A DNA stretch of 64,000 nt. It comes from Azolla caroliniana (lineage: Eukaryota > Plantae > Polypodiophyta). The stretch covers positions 1-64,000 of the forward strand of contig JBHGNT010000053.1 of the NCBI GenBank assembly GCA_043228905.1, given 5' to 3'. The translations under genes and the position numbers were made by a program. Below are positions 1 through 9,638 of the stretch, piece by piece; the first letter of the stretch is position 1; each line of letters starts with the position of its first letter. Below the pieces are notes generated by a model. The model ran no database searches. It saw only the letters and a list, made by a program, of their open reading frames with translations, and was not told the origin of the DNA.

Positions 1-788
1 AAAAATTTGATGGAACGAGGTCGCGTTTCCGAGGGTTCATCAACCAAGTTCGACTTATCATTCGGCTACAACCTCAACGTTATGGAGATGGTCTTCGACA
101 AGTCGGTCTTGTGGGCACCCTTCTCTCCGGTCCGGCCCAAGCTTGGTTTGCACCATTGGTAGAAACCTCATCACCTTTATTGGAGGACTTTCCCGCCTTC
201 CTCGCCGAGTTAGAGGCCACATTTGGAGAGACGGACCGACGACGTACAGCTCTTAACAAGATTTATGCACTCGAACAAGGTTCACGTGCAGCTTCGGTCT
301 ATGCTTCCGAATTTCGACAACTAGCATGCGACGTCAATTGGGATGATCAAGCTTTAGTTGATCACTTTCGGCGCGGTCTTCGAAGTAATGTCAAGAATCT
401 TCTCTTAAACTTTCCAGAGCCCACCTCGTTATCCCAAGCGATTTCACAAGCAGTCCATTGTGACAATCGTCTTTTCGAATTTCGCCAAGAAGAGCGCCGG
501 ACTTGGGTTCCACCTCATTCACTTCCACGCCACGCCCCGGTCATACAACCCCAAGCATACTCACACTCGCCTACTTCGGCAGATGCTCCTGTCCCCATGG
601 AAATTGATCAAGCCCGATTTCGGCCATTGACTGATGCTGAACGACAATTTCGGCGGGCTAATGGCTTGTGCATGTATTGTGGCGCCTCCGGTCATGTCGT
701 TCGCCATTGTCCTAGGAGTACTCGCCCACAATTCCATCGAGCTAACGGACCCCAACATCCGGAAAACGACATCGTTCGGTTGCAGTAG
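1..788 (+). CDS. gag: Gag of A1 (5'-truncated by window edge), capsid + CCHC zinc knuckle
   Basis: Near-identical to 5065-6081; PMEID motif and CMYCGASGHVVRHC knuckle; stop TAG 786-788. Confidence 0.93.
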   Translation, partial: KFDGTRSRFRGFINQVRLIIRLQPQRYGDGLRQVGLVGTLLSGPAQAWFAPLVETSSPLLEDFPAFLAELEATFGETDRRRTALNKIYALEQGSRAASVYASEFRQLACDVNWDDQALVDHFRRGLRSNVKNLLLNFPEPTSLSQAISQAVHCDNRLFEFRQEERRTWVPPHSLPRHAPVIQPQAYSHSPTSADAPVPMEIDQARFRPLTDAERQFRRANGLCMYCGASGHVVRHCPRSTRPQFHRANGPQHPENDIVRLQ

Positions 789-793
789 GAGCC

Positions 794-3700
794 ATGCAAC
801 TGGACATCTCCCGTCGCCCACATTCTCTTGGTTCCATTGCCGGACCATCAGGCAATTTCACATTGGAGGTATGGCTTTCGTTTAACTCTAGTTCCATTCA
901 GTCTGTTGCTTTACTTGATTCTGGGGCATCTTCTTGCTTCATCGACGTCGCGTTTGCCCAAGCACATGGCGTACCTGTCGTTGGCCTCTCAAAACCCATT
1001 CCAGTTGAAGCCATTGACGGGTGCGTCCTCTCGTCAGGTGCAATTACTCAAGCTACAATCCCATTAGGGCTTCGGGTGGGCTCACACCAAGAGGAGCTCA
1101 CCTTTTACCTCATCGCATCTCCTCGACATCCGATCGTCTTAGGACTAACGTGGTTGGAGGCGCACAATCCAATAGTAGATTGGTGCAACCGCTCGATCAC
1201 ATTTAGCAAGCCAAGATGCTCGTGCAAAAGTATGAAGGTAAATTCAGTTTCCTATCCTTCGGAGACGGTCGACTCCGAATTGACTACCCCATCATTCGTC
1301 CAGGATGGGTTTGTTTGTGGCGCCATTTCTAACACACTCCATGTTATTCCCGAAAAATACCAACACTTCTCCGACGTATTTGAAAAATGTAATGCTGATC
1401 GGTTGCCTGAACATCGGCTCTACGACTGTCCGATTGATCTTCAAGAAGGTGCGTGTCCACCCTTTGGTCCTCTATATGCGTTGTCTGCACCAGAGTTGAA
1501 GGCCCTTCGTGTGTATCTTGATGAGAACCTCGCGAAAGGCTTTATTCAACCTTCTAAGTCACCAGCCGGGGCCCCCATTTTATTTGTGAAGAAGAAGGAC
1601 GGCTCTCTACGCTTATGCGTCGACTACCGAGGTCTCAACAAACTCACTGTGCGCAACCGCTATCCGCTACCTCTGATCCCCGAACTCCTTGATCGGCTCC
1701 GAGTTGCGCGTGTCTTCTCCAAAGTTGATCTGCGTGGCGCGTACAATCTAGTACGCATCAAGCCGGGGGATGAATGGAAAACCGCATTTCGAACACGGTA
1801 TGGGCATTTCGAATACAAGGTAATGCCTTTTGGTCTTACTAACGCTCCCGCAGTTTTTCAACATATGATGAACGATATTTTCCGGGAATATCTTGATCTT
1901 TTTGTTGTCATTTACCTCGATGATATTCTCATTTTCTCGCCAAACATGGAGGAGCACACTCGCCAAGTCCAATTAGTTCTGGCCAAACTTCGCGAGCATG
2001 GCCTTTATGCCAAAGGCGAGAAATGCGAGTTCGACCGTACCTCGATCGAATTTCTGGGCTACATCATCTCGCCCACTGGCATCACCATGGATATGAAGAA
2101 GGTCTCTGTCATTCAGGCGTGGGCGACTCCAAGGCGACTTAAAGATGTGCAATCCTTCCTCGGCTTCGCAAATTTTTACCGTCGCTTCATCAAGGGGTTT
2201 TCCACCCTAGCACAACCTCTTATCGCTCTCACCCATAAGGGCACTCCATTTTTATGGACCTCAGAGGCACAAAATGCGTTCGACTCACTCAAACACGCAT
2301 TCATCACTGCCCCGGTGCTGCTACATGCCGACCCCACAAAACCCTTCCAAGTCGAAACCGATGCCTCTGACTTTGCCATTGGCGCCATCTTATCCCAAGC
2401 AGACGACAACAACCTAATGCACCCAGTGGCTTACTATTCCCGAAAATTTACGGCATCCGAAATCAATTATCCCATTTACGACAAGGAGCTTGCTGCTATC
2501 ATTGCTGCCTTTGAAGAATGGCGACCCTACTTGGCCGGCGCACAACATCGTGTCCAGGTAGTGACTGATCATAAAAATTTAGTTTATTTTTCCACCACTC
2601 GTACTTTGAATCGAAGGCAGGCCCGTTGGTCAACATTTCTCGCTGACTACGATTTTGAGATTGTATTTCGACCTGGTGGCCAACATGGGAAGGCTGATGC
2701 CCTTTCTCGCCGAGCTGACCTTGCACTCCGCCCTGGGGATGCTGCTTATGCTCAACAATCTAGACGTTTGTTGAAACCCGACCAATTGCATATGTTTGCC
2801 ACTTGTATGTTGCAGGATGATTCTTTACTCCAACAAATCACTGATGCATCCAAGACCGATGCGTTCGCCAACGAGATTCGAGATAGTCTGCAAAACCCCT
2901 CCAAGGCGACCAAAAGGAAGGATCTTGACACCTTCACCATACAAGAGGGTTTGTTGTTCCGAGATCATCTCTTATACGTCCCAGAGGGCCCATGTCGCAC
3001 CCGGGTGTTGCGGGAATGCCACGATGACCCACTTGCAGGTCATTTCGGGGTCGCGAAAACCCTCGAGCTAATCTCTCGGGGGTATTGGTGGCCACAACCA
3101 TGGAAGCTGGTCAAAGAATACATAAAGAGTTGTGAGGTTTGTGCTCGCTCCAAAGCCATTCATCATCGGCCATACGGCTTACTACAGCCGCTTCCATGTC
3201 CTCGTCGTCCTTGGGCCTCTATCTCTATGGACCTGATAACTGATCTACCCTTGGTCAATAGTTATGACTCGGTGTTGGTCGTTGTCGATCGGTTTACGAA
3301 GATGGCTCACTTCACTCCATGCTCCAAAACCATTTCCGGAGAAGGAATGGTGCATCTCCTACTCAACAATGTAGTACGCTTGCATGGACTCCCCGATGAT
3401 GTCATCTCGGATCGCGGACCCCAGTTTGTCTCTCACTTCTGGCAGCGCTTGCTACAAACTTTAGGCATCTCTGTCAAGTTGTCCTCCGCTTATCACCCCC
3501 AAACTGACGGGCAAACGGAGCCTGTCAACCAAATCCTTGAGCAGTATCTTCGGTGCTCGGTTAGTTACCAACAAGATGATTGGGTCAACTTACTTTCGCT
3601 CGCGGAATTCGCCTACAATAATTCTCTCCATGCATCGACTGGCGTCACTCCCTTCTTTGCCAACTATGGTTTACATCCTCGCTTCAACATTTCCCTTCCT

Positions 3701-4342
3701 ACCACTTCCGTGAACCCTTCGGCGGAGGATCGTGCCCGCATTTTGGAAGAAGTACATCATGATTTATCCTTGGAGCTTAGTCTTGCTAATGAACGATACA
3801 AGAAGCAGGCTGATCGCCATCGATCTTCCACTCCACACTTTGTCGTTGGAGACATGGTCTGGTTGTTACGTCGACACATCTCTACTACTCGTCCATGTGC
3901 GAAACTTGATTACAAGAAGTTGGGACCATTCCGTATCATCGAGTGCATCAATCCCGTCGCCTTCCGGCTCGCCCTTCCATCCCACTTCCGGATTCACGAT
4001 GTTTTTCATGTCTCCCTCCTCGAACCCCATTATGCTTCACAACTCCCAGGACGTCAAGCCCCACCACCACCACCTGTGCAGTTGACGACAGGGGAGGAAT
4101 ACGAGGTCGACCAAATCCTTGACTCGCGTTGGCACCGTCGACACTTGCAATACCTCGTCCTATGGCGGGGTTACCCCATGTCTGAGGCCACATGGGAACC
4201 ATCGGCAAATTTACAAAATGCCCCAGAGGTCGTCCAAGATTTTCATCACCGATATCCCCACAAACCAGCGGCCGATTTGGGAAGGCGGCGTAAGAGGGGG
4301 GATAATGTCAAGATTCGAACTCTTGACACGACCATGTTATAA
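794..4342 (+). CDS. pol: Pol polyprotein of A1 (aspartic protease, RT, RNase H, integrase, chromodomain)
   Basis: LLDSGA protease, YLDD RT, ETDASD RNase H, HHCC + D,D35E integrase, GPF motif, chromodomain YEVDQIL..YLVLWRGY..ATWEP. Frame is open from 746 (-1 relative to gag) and runs into the 3' LTR. Confidence 0.95.
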   Translation: MQLDISRRPHSLGSIAGPSGNFTLEVWLSFNSSSIQSVALLDSGASSCFIDVAFAQAHGVPVVGLSKPIPVEAIDGCVLSSGAITQATIPLGLRVGSHQEELTFYLIASPRHPIVLGLTWLEAHNPIVDWCNRSITFSKPRCSCKSMKVNSVSYPSETVDSELTTPSFVQDGFVCGAISNTLHVIPEKYQHFSDVFEKCNADRLPEHRLYDCPIDLQEGACPPFGPLYALSAPELKALRVYLDENLAKGFIQPSKSPAGAPILFVKKKDGSLRLCVDYRGLNKLTVRNRYPLPLIPELLDRLRVARVFSKVDLRGAYNLVRIKPGDEWKTAFRTRYGHFEYKVMPFGLTNAPAVFQHMMNDIFREYLDLFVVIYLDDILIFSPNMEEHTRQVQLVLAKLREHGLYAKGEKCEFDRTSIEFLGYIISPTGITMDMKKVSVIQAWATPRRLKDVQSFLGFANFYRRFIKGFSTLAQPLIALTHKGTPFLWTSEAQNAFDSLKHAFITAPVLLHADPTKPFQVETDASDFAIGAILSQADDNNLMHPVAYYSRKFTASEINYPIYDKELAAIIAAFEEWRPYLAGAQHRVQVVTDHKNLVYFSTTRTLNRRQARWSTFLADYDFEIVFRPGGQHGKADALSRRADLALRPGDAAYAQQSRRLLKPDQLHMFATCMLQDDSLLQQITDASKTDAFANEIRDSLQNPSKATKRKDLDTFTIQEGLLFRDHLLYVPEGPCRTRVLRECHDDPLAGHFGVAKTLELISRGYWWPQPWKLVKEYIKSCEVCARSKAIHHRPYGLLQPLPCPRRPWASISMDLITDLPLVNSYDSVLVVVDRFTKMAHFTPCSKTISGEGMVHLLLNNVVRLHGLPDDVISDRGPQFVSHFWQRLLQTLGISVKLSSAYHPQTDGQTEPVNQILEQYLRCSVSYQQDDWVNLLSLAEFAYNNSLHASTGVTPFFANYGLHPRFNISLPTTSVNPSAEDRARILEEVHHDLSLELSLANERYKKQADRHRSSTPHFVVGDMVWLLRRHISTTRPCAKLDYKKLGPFRIIECINPVAFRLALPSHFRIHDVFHVSLLEPHYASQLPGRQAPPPPPVQLTTGEEYEVDQILDSRWHRRHLQYLVLWRGYPMSEATWEPSANLQNAPEVVQDFHHRYPHKPAADLGRRRKRGDNVKIRTLDTTML

Positions 4343-4658
4343 TCTACTATTATGAGTTAACCAAGATATCTAGTACTAGTTATGTATGTAATTGGTCCTT
4401 ATTATTTTGCTAGCATCATGTGCATAGTTGCTCCTTTGTAGTATTTACACTTGGCACATGCATGCATACCTACATGCTCTATTGTAGATTCACATGCGTG
4501 CAACAAGTGTGCATGCCATGTAGTATAAATAGAGGAGTTCACCTTGAAGGAATTCAAGGTGAACAACACCAGTTATGGAGTCTTTCCTTTAGTACTATCT
4601 TCTTTCTTGTCCATTTGGTTATCTTCTTGGTTGTCTCTTGAGTTTATGATCCGTGACA
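4306..4658 (+). repeat. 3' LTR of A1 (353 bp)
   Basis: TGTCA...TGACA termini, preceded by PPT+AA; TATAAATA at 4524. Differs from the two A2 LTRs at 5 positions I could see. Confidence 0.95.
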
Positions 4659-4662
4659 GTAA

Positions 4663-5015
4663 TGTCAAGATTCGAACTCTTGACACGACCATGTTATAAT
4701 CTACTATTATGAGTTAACCAAGATATCTAGTACTAGTTATGTATGTAATTGTTCCTTATTATTTTGCTAGCATCATGTGCATAGTTGCTCCCTTGTAGTA
4801 TTTACACTTGGCACATGCATGCATACCTACATGCTCTATTGTAGATTCACATGCGTGCAACAAGTATGCATGCCATGTAGTATAAATAGAGGAGTTCACC
4901 TTGAAGGAATTCAAGGTGAACAACACCAGTTATGGAGTCTTTCCTTTAGTACTATATTCTTTCTTGTCCATTTGGTTATCTTCTTCGTTGTCTCTTGAGT
5001 TTATGATCCGTGACA
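4663..5015 (+). repeat. 5' LTR of A2 (353 bp)
   Basis: TGTCA...TGACA; TATAAATA at 4881. Confidence 0.95.
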
Positions 5016-5028
5016 GTTTGTTCACCTT
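4881..5028 (+). promoter_or_regulatory. LTR promoter (TATA), predicted transcript 5' end AAGGTGAACAA (4913-4923) and complementary self-priming PBS TTGTTCACCTT (5018-5028)
   Basis: Exact 11-nt complementarity. The 11-mer starts 32 nt after the TATA box start. There is no TGG tRNA-type PBS after the LTR. Confidence 0.8.
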
Positions 5029-5064
5029 CCATCCTCATAGCTCTCCCTCTCATAAGCCATAGCT

Positions 5065-6081
5065 ATGTCCGACTCAACTAGTGAGTTAGGCCAAATAATG
5101 GTAGCCTTACGACAACTACAGCTTGAAAATGAAGCTCTTCGAAATTCTTTACAAGAACTTCAAGTCGGTACCTCCCTATCCTCACAACCCCCGAACCCTA
5201 GTCTCCCACAACAACCTAGCCTAGAGCCCGATCTTCTACCAACATCTAGCCTAGCTTCATCACAGTTTCTTGAGCCTAAGGTTAGCCTCCCAGAAAAATT
5301 TGATGGAACGAGGTCGCGTTTCCGAGGGTTCATCAACCAAGTTCGACTTATCATTCGGCTACAACCTCAACGTTATGGAGATGGTCTTCGACAAGTCGGC
5401 CTTGTGGGCACCCTTCTCTCCGGTCCGGCCCAAGCTTGGTTTGCACCATTGGTAGAAACCTCATCACCTTTATTGGAGGACTTTCCCGCCTTCCTCGCCG
5501 AGTTAGAGGCCACATTTGGAGAGACGGACCGACGACGTACAGCTCTTAACAAGATTTATGCACTCGAACAAGGTTCACGTGCAGCTTCGGTCTATGCTTC
5601 CGAATTTCGACAACTAGCATGCGACGTCAATTGGGATGATCAAGCTTTAGCTGATCACTTTCGGCGCGGTCTTCGAAGCAATGTCAAGAATCTTCTCTTA
5701 AACTTTCCGGAGCCCACCTCGTTATCCCAAGCGATTTCACAAGCAGTCCATTGTGACAATCGTCTTTTCGAATTTCGCCAAGAAGAGCGCCGGACTTGGT
5801 TCCCACCTCATTCACTTCCACGCCACGCCCCGGTCATACAACCCCAAGCATCCTCACACTCGCCTACTTCGGCAGATGCTCCTGTCCCCATGGAAATTGA
5901 TCAAGCCCGATTTCGACCATTGACTGATGCTGAACGACAATTTCGGCGGGCTAATGGCTTGTGCATGTATTGTGGCGCCTCCGGTCATGTCGTTCGCCAT
6001 TGTCCTAGGAGTACTCGCCCACAATTCCATAGAGCTAACGGACCCCAACATCCGGAAAACGACATCGTTCGGTTGCAGTAG
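5065..6081 (+). CDS. gag: Gag of A2 (338 aa; coiled coil, capsid, CCHC knuckle; Sushi/PEG10-like)
   Basis: LPEKFDGTRSRFRGFINQ capsid motif, PMEID, CMYCGASGHVVRHC. Confidence 0.95.
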   Translation: MSDSTSELGQIMVALRQLQLENEALRNSLQELQVGTSLSSQPPNPSLPQQPSLEPDLLPTSSLASSQFLEPKVSLPEKFDGTRSRFRGFINQVRLIIRLQPQRYGDGLRQVGLVGTLLSGPAQAWFAPLVETSSPLLEDFPAFLAELEATFGETDRRRTALNKIYALEQGSRAASVYASEFRQLACDVNWDDQALADHFRRGLRSNVKNLLLNFPEPTSLSQAISQAVHCDNRLFEFRQEERRTWFPPHSLPRHAPVIQPQASSHSPTSADAPVPMEIDQARFRPLTDAERQFRRANGLCMYCGASGHVVRHCPRSTRPQFHRANGPQHPENDIVRLQ

Positions 6082-6086
6082 GAGCC

Positions 6087-9000
6087 ATGCAACTGGACAT
6101 CTCCCGTCGCCCACATTCTCTTGGTTCCATTGCCGGACCATCAGGCAATTTCACATTGGAGGTATGGCTTTCGTTTAACTCTAGTTCCATTCAGTCTGTT
6201 GCTTTACTTGATTCTGGGGCATCTTCTTGCTTCATCGACGTCGCGTTTGCCCAAGCACATGGCGTACCTGTCGTTGGCCTCTCAAAACCCATTCCAGTTG
6301 AAGCCATCGACGGGTGCGTCCTCTCGTCAGGTGCAATTACTCAAGCTACAATCCCATTAGGGCTTCGGGTGGGCTCACACCAAGAGGAGCTCACTTTTTA
6401 CCTCATCGCATCTCCTCGACATCCGATCGTCTTAGGACTAACGTGGTTGGAGGCGCACAATCCAATAGTGGATTGGTGCAACCGCTTGATCACATTTAGC
6501 AAGCCAAGATGCTCGTGCAAAAGTATGAAGGTAAATTCAGTTTCCTATCCTTCGGAGACGGTCGACTCCGAATTGACTACCCCATCATCCGTCCAGGATG
6601 GGTTTGTTTGTGGCACCATTTCTAACACACTCCATGTTATTCCTGAAAAATACCAACACTTCTCCGACGTATTTGAAAAATGTAATGCTGATCGGTTGCC
6701 TGAACACCGGCTCTACGACTGTCCGATTGATCTTCAAGAAGGTGCGTGTCCACCCTTTGGTCCTCTATATGCGTTGTCTGCACCAGAGTTGAAGGCCCTT
6801 CGTGTGTATCTTGATGAGAACCTCGAGAAAGGCTTTATTCAACCTTCTAAGTCACCAGCCGGGGCCCCCATTTTATTTGTGAAGAAGAAGGACGGCTCTC
6901 TACGCTTATGCGTAGACTACCGAGGTCTCAACAAACTCACTGTGCGCAACCGCTATCCGCTACCTCTGATCCCCGAACTCCTTGATCGGCTCCGAGTTGC
7001 GCGTGTCTTCTCCAAAGTTGATCTGCGTGGCGCGTACAATCTAGTACGCATCAAGCCGGGGGATGAATGGAAAACCGCATTTCGAACACGGTATGGGCAT
7101 TTCGAATACAAGGTAATGCCTTTTGGTCTTACTAACGCTCCCGCAGTTTTTCAACATATGATGAACGATATTTTCCGAGAATATCTTGATCTTTTTGTTG
7201 TCATTTACCTCGATGATATTCTCATTTTCTCGCCAAACATGGAGGAGCACACTCGCCAAGTCCGATTAGTTCTGGCCAAACTTCGCGAGCATGGCCTCTA
7301 TGCCAAAAGCGAGAAATGCGAGTTCGACCGTACCTCGATCGAATTTCTGGGCTACATCATCTCGCCCACTGGCATCACCATGGATATGAAGAAGGTCTCT
7401 GTCATTCAGGCGTGGGCGACTCCAAGGCGACTTAAAGATGTGCAATCCTTCCTCGGCTTCGCGAATTTTTACCGTCGCTTCATCAAGGGGTTTTCCACCC
7501 TAGCACAACCTCTTATCGCTCTCACCCATAAAGGCACTCCATTTTTATGGACCTCGGAGGCACAAAATGCGTTCGACTCACTCAAACACGCATTCATCAC
7601 TGCCCCGGTGCTGCTACATGCCGACCCCACAAAACCCTTCCAAGTCGAAACCGATGCCTCTGACTTTGCCATTGGCGCCATCTTATCCCAAGCAGACGAC
7701 AACAACCTAATGCACCCAGTGGCTTACTATTCCCAAAAATTTACGGCATCTGAAATCAATTATCCCATTTACGACAAGGAGCTTGCTGCTATCATTGCTG
7801 CCTTTGAAGAATGGCGACCCTACTTGGCCGGCGCACAACATCGTGTCCAGGTAGTGACTGATCATAAAAATTTAGTTTATTTTTCCACCACTCGTACTTT
7901 GAATCGAAGGCAGGGCCGTTGGTCTACATTTCTCGCCGACTACGATTTTGAGATCGTATTTCGACCTGGAGGCCAACATGGGAAGGCTGATGCCCTTTCT
8001 CGCCGAGCTGACCTTGCACTCCGCCCTGGGGATGCTGCTTATGCTCAACAATCTAGACGTTTGTTGAAACCCGACCAATTGCATCTGTTTGCCACTTGTA
8101 TGTTGCAGGATGATTCTTTACTCCAACAAATCACTGATGCATCCAAGACCGATGCGTTCGCCAACGAGATTCGAGATAGTTTGCAAAACCCCTCCAAGGC
8201 GACCAAAAGGAAGGATCTTGACACCTTCACCATACAAGAGGGTTTGTTGTTCCGAGATCATCTCTTATACGTCCCAGAGGGCCCATGTCGCACCCGGGTG
8301 TTGCGGGAATGCCACGATGACCCACTTGCAGGTCATTTCGGGGTCGCGAAAACCCTCGAGCTAATCTCTCGGGGGTATTGGTGGCCACAACCATGGAAGC
8401 TGGTCAAAGAATACATAAAGAGTTGTGAGGTTTGTGCTCGCTCCAAAGCCATTCATCATCGGCCATACGGCTTACTACAGCCGCTTCCATGTCCTCGTCG
8501 TCCTTGGGCCTCTATCTCTATGGACCTGATAACTGATCTACCCTTGGTCAATAGCTATGACTCGGTGTTGGTCGTTGTCGATCGGTTTACGAAGATGGCT
8601 CACTTCACTCCATGCTCCAAAACCATTTCCGGAGAAGGAATGGTGCATCTCCTACTCAACAATGTAGTACGCTTGCATGGACTCCCCGATGATGTCATCT
8701 CGGATCGCGGACCCCAGTTTGTCTCTCACTTCTGGCAGCGCCTGCTACAAACTTTAGGCATCTCTGTCAAGTTGTCCTCCGCTTATCACCCCCAAACTGA
8801 CGGGCAAACGGAGCGTGTCAACCAAATCCTTGAGCAGTATCTTCGGTGCTCGGTTAGTTACCAACAAGATGATTGGGTCAACTTACTTTCGCTCGCGGAA
8901 TTCGCCTACAATAATTCACTCCATGCATCGACTGGCGTCACTCCCTTCTTTGCCAACTACGGTTTACATCCTCGCTTCAACATTTCCCTTCCTACCACTT

Positions 9001-9638
9001 CCGTGAACCCTTCGGCGGAGGATCGTGCCCGCATTTTGGAAGAAGTACATCATGATTTATCCTTGGAGCTTAGTCTTGCTAATGAACGATACAAGAAGCA
9101 GGCTGATCGCCATCGATCTTCCACTCCACACTTTGTCGTTGGAGACATGGTTTGGTTGTTACGTCGACACATCTCTACTACTCGTCCATGTGCGAAACTT
9201 GATTACAAGAAGTTGGGACCATTCCGTATCATCGAGTGCATCAATCCCGTCGCCTTCCGGCTCGCCCTTCCATCCCACTTTCGGATTCACGATGTTTTTC
9301 ATGTCTCCCTCCTCGAACCCCATTATGCTTCACAACTCCCAGGACGTCAAGCCCCACCACCACCACCTGTGCAATTGACGACAGGGGAGGAATACGAGGT
9401 CGACCAAATCCTTGACTCGCGTTGGCACCGTCGACACTTGCAATACCTCGTCCTATGGAGGGGTTACCCCATGTCTGAGGCCACATGGGAACCATCGGAA
9501 AATTTACAAAATGCCCCAGAGGTCGTCCAAGATTTTCATCACCGATATCCCCACAAACCAGCGGCCGATTTGGGAAGGCGGCGGCGTAAGAGGGGGGATA
9601 ATGTCAAGATTCGAACTCTTGACACGACCATGTTATAA
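6087..9638 (+). CDS. pol: Pol polyprotein of A2 (PR-RT-RH-IN-chromodomain)
   Basis: Uninterrupted 1183-aa ORF with all catalytic motifs; integrase QTDGQTERVNQ intact. Confidence 0.96.
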   Translation: MQLDISRRPHSLGSIAGPSGNFTLEVWLSFNSSSIQSVALLDSGASSCFIDVAFAQAHGVPVVGLSKPIPVEAIDGCVLSSGAITQATIPLGLRVGSHQEELTFYLIASPRHPIVLGLTWLEAHNPIVDWCNRLITFSKPRCSCKSMKVNSVSYPSETVDSELTTPSSVQDGFVCGTISNTLHVIPEKYQHFSDVFEKCNADRLPEHRLYDCPIDLQEGACPPFGPLYALSAPELKALRVYLDENLEKGFIQPSKSPAGAPILFVKKKDGSLRLCVDYRGLNKLTVRNRYPLPLIPELLDRLRVARVFSKVDLRGAYNLVRIKPGDEWKTAFRTRYGHFEYKVMPFGLTNAPAVFQHMMNDIFREYLDLFVVIYLDDILIFSPNMEEHTRQVRLVLAKLREHGLYAKSEKCEFDRTSIEFLGYIISPTGITMDMKKVSVIQAWATPRRLKDVQSFLGFANFYRRFIKGFSTLAQPLIALTHKGTPFLWTSEAQNAFDSLKHAFITAPVLLHADPTKPFQVETDASDFAIGAILSQADDNNLMHPVAYYSQKFTASEINYPIYDKELAAIIAAFEEWRPYLAGAQHRVQVVTDHKNLVYFSTTRTLNRRQGRWSTFLADYDFEIVFRPGGQHGKADALSRRADLALRPGDAAYAQQSRRLLKPDQLHLFATCMLQDDSLLQQITDASKTDAFANEIRDSLQNPSKATKRKDLDTFTIQEGLLFRDHLLYVPEGPCRTRVLRECHDDPLAGHFGVAKTLELISRGYWWPQPWKLVKEYIKSCEVCARSKAIHHRPYGLLQPLPCPRRPWASISMDLITDLPLVNSYDSVLVVVDRFTKMAHFTPCSKTISGEGMVHLLLNNVVRLHGLPDDVISDRGPQFVSHFWQRLLQTLGISVKLSSAYHPQTDGQTERVNQILEQYLRCSVSYQQDDWVNLLSLAEFAYNNSLHASTGVTPFFANYGLHPRFNISLPTTSVNPSAEDRARILEEVHHDLSLELSLANERYKKQADRHRSSTPHFVVGDMVWLLRRHISTTRPCAKLDYKKLGPFRIIECINPVAFRLALPSHFRIHDVFHVSLLEPHYASQLPGRQAPPPPPVQLTTGEEYEVDQILDSRWHRRHLQYLVLWRGYPMSEATWEPSENLQNAPEVVQDFHHRYPHKPAADLGRRRRKRGDNVKIRTLDTTML

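Larger units (their letters stand above)
1..4658 (+). mobile_element. Ty3/Gypsy chromovirus LTR retrotransposon, copy A1 (Tcn1/Tf1-sushi-like); 5' end lies upstream of the window
   Basis: gag + PR-RT-RH-IN-chromodomain ORFs, PPT AGAGGGGGGAT at 4293-4303 and 3' LTR 4306-4658 (TGTCA...TGACA). Colinear with A2 at offset 5293, so its 5' LTR should begin about 630 bp before base 1. Confidence 0.95.

Noticed and set aside
4659-4662. GTAA as a target-site duplication or shared-LTR recombination product
   Set aside because: No GTAA after LTR 9954 (CCTAT follows), and two full LTRs are present rather than one shared LTR.
4420-4998. 73-aa hydrophobic ORF repeated in each A LTR (env-like or accessory gene?)
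   Set aside because: GTG start, spans the TATA box and cap site, no recognisable motif; repeated only because the LTR is repeated.
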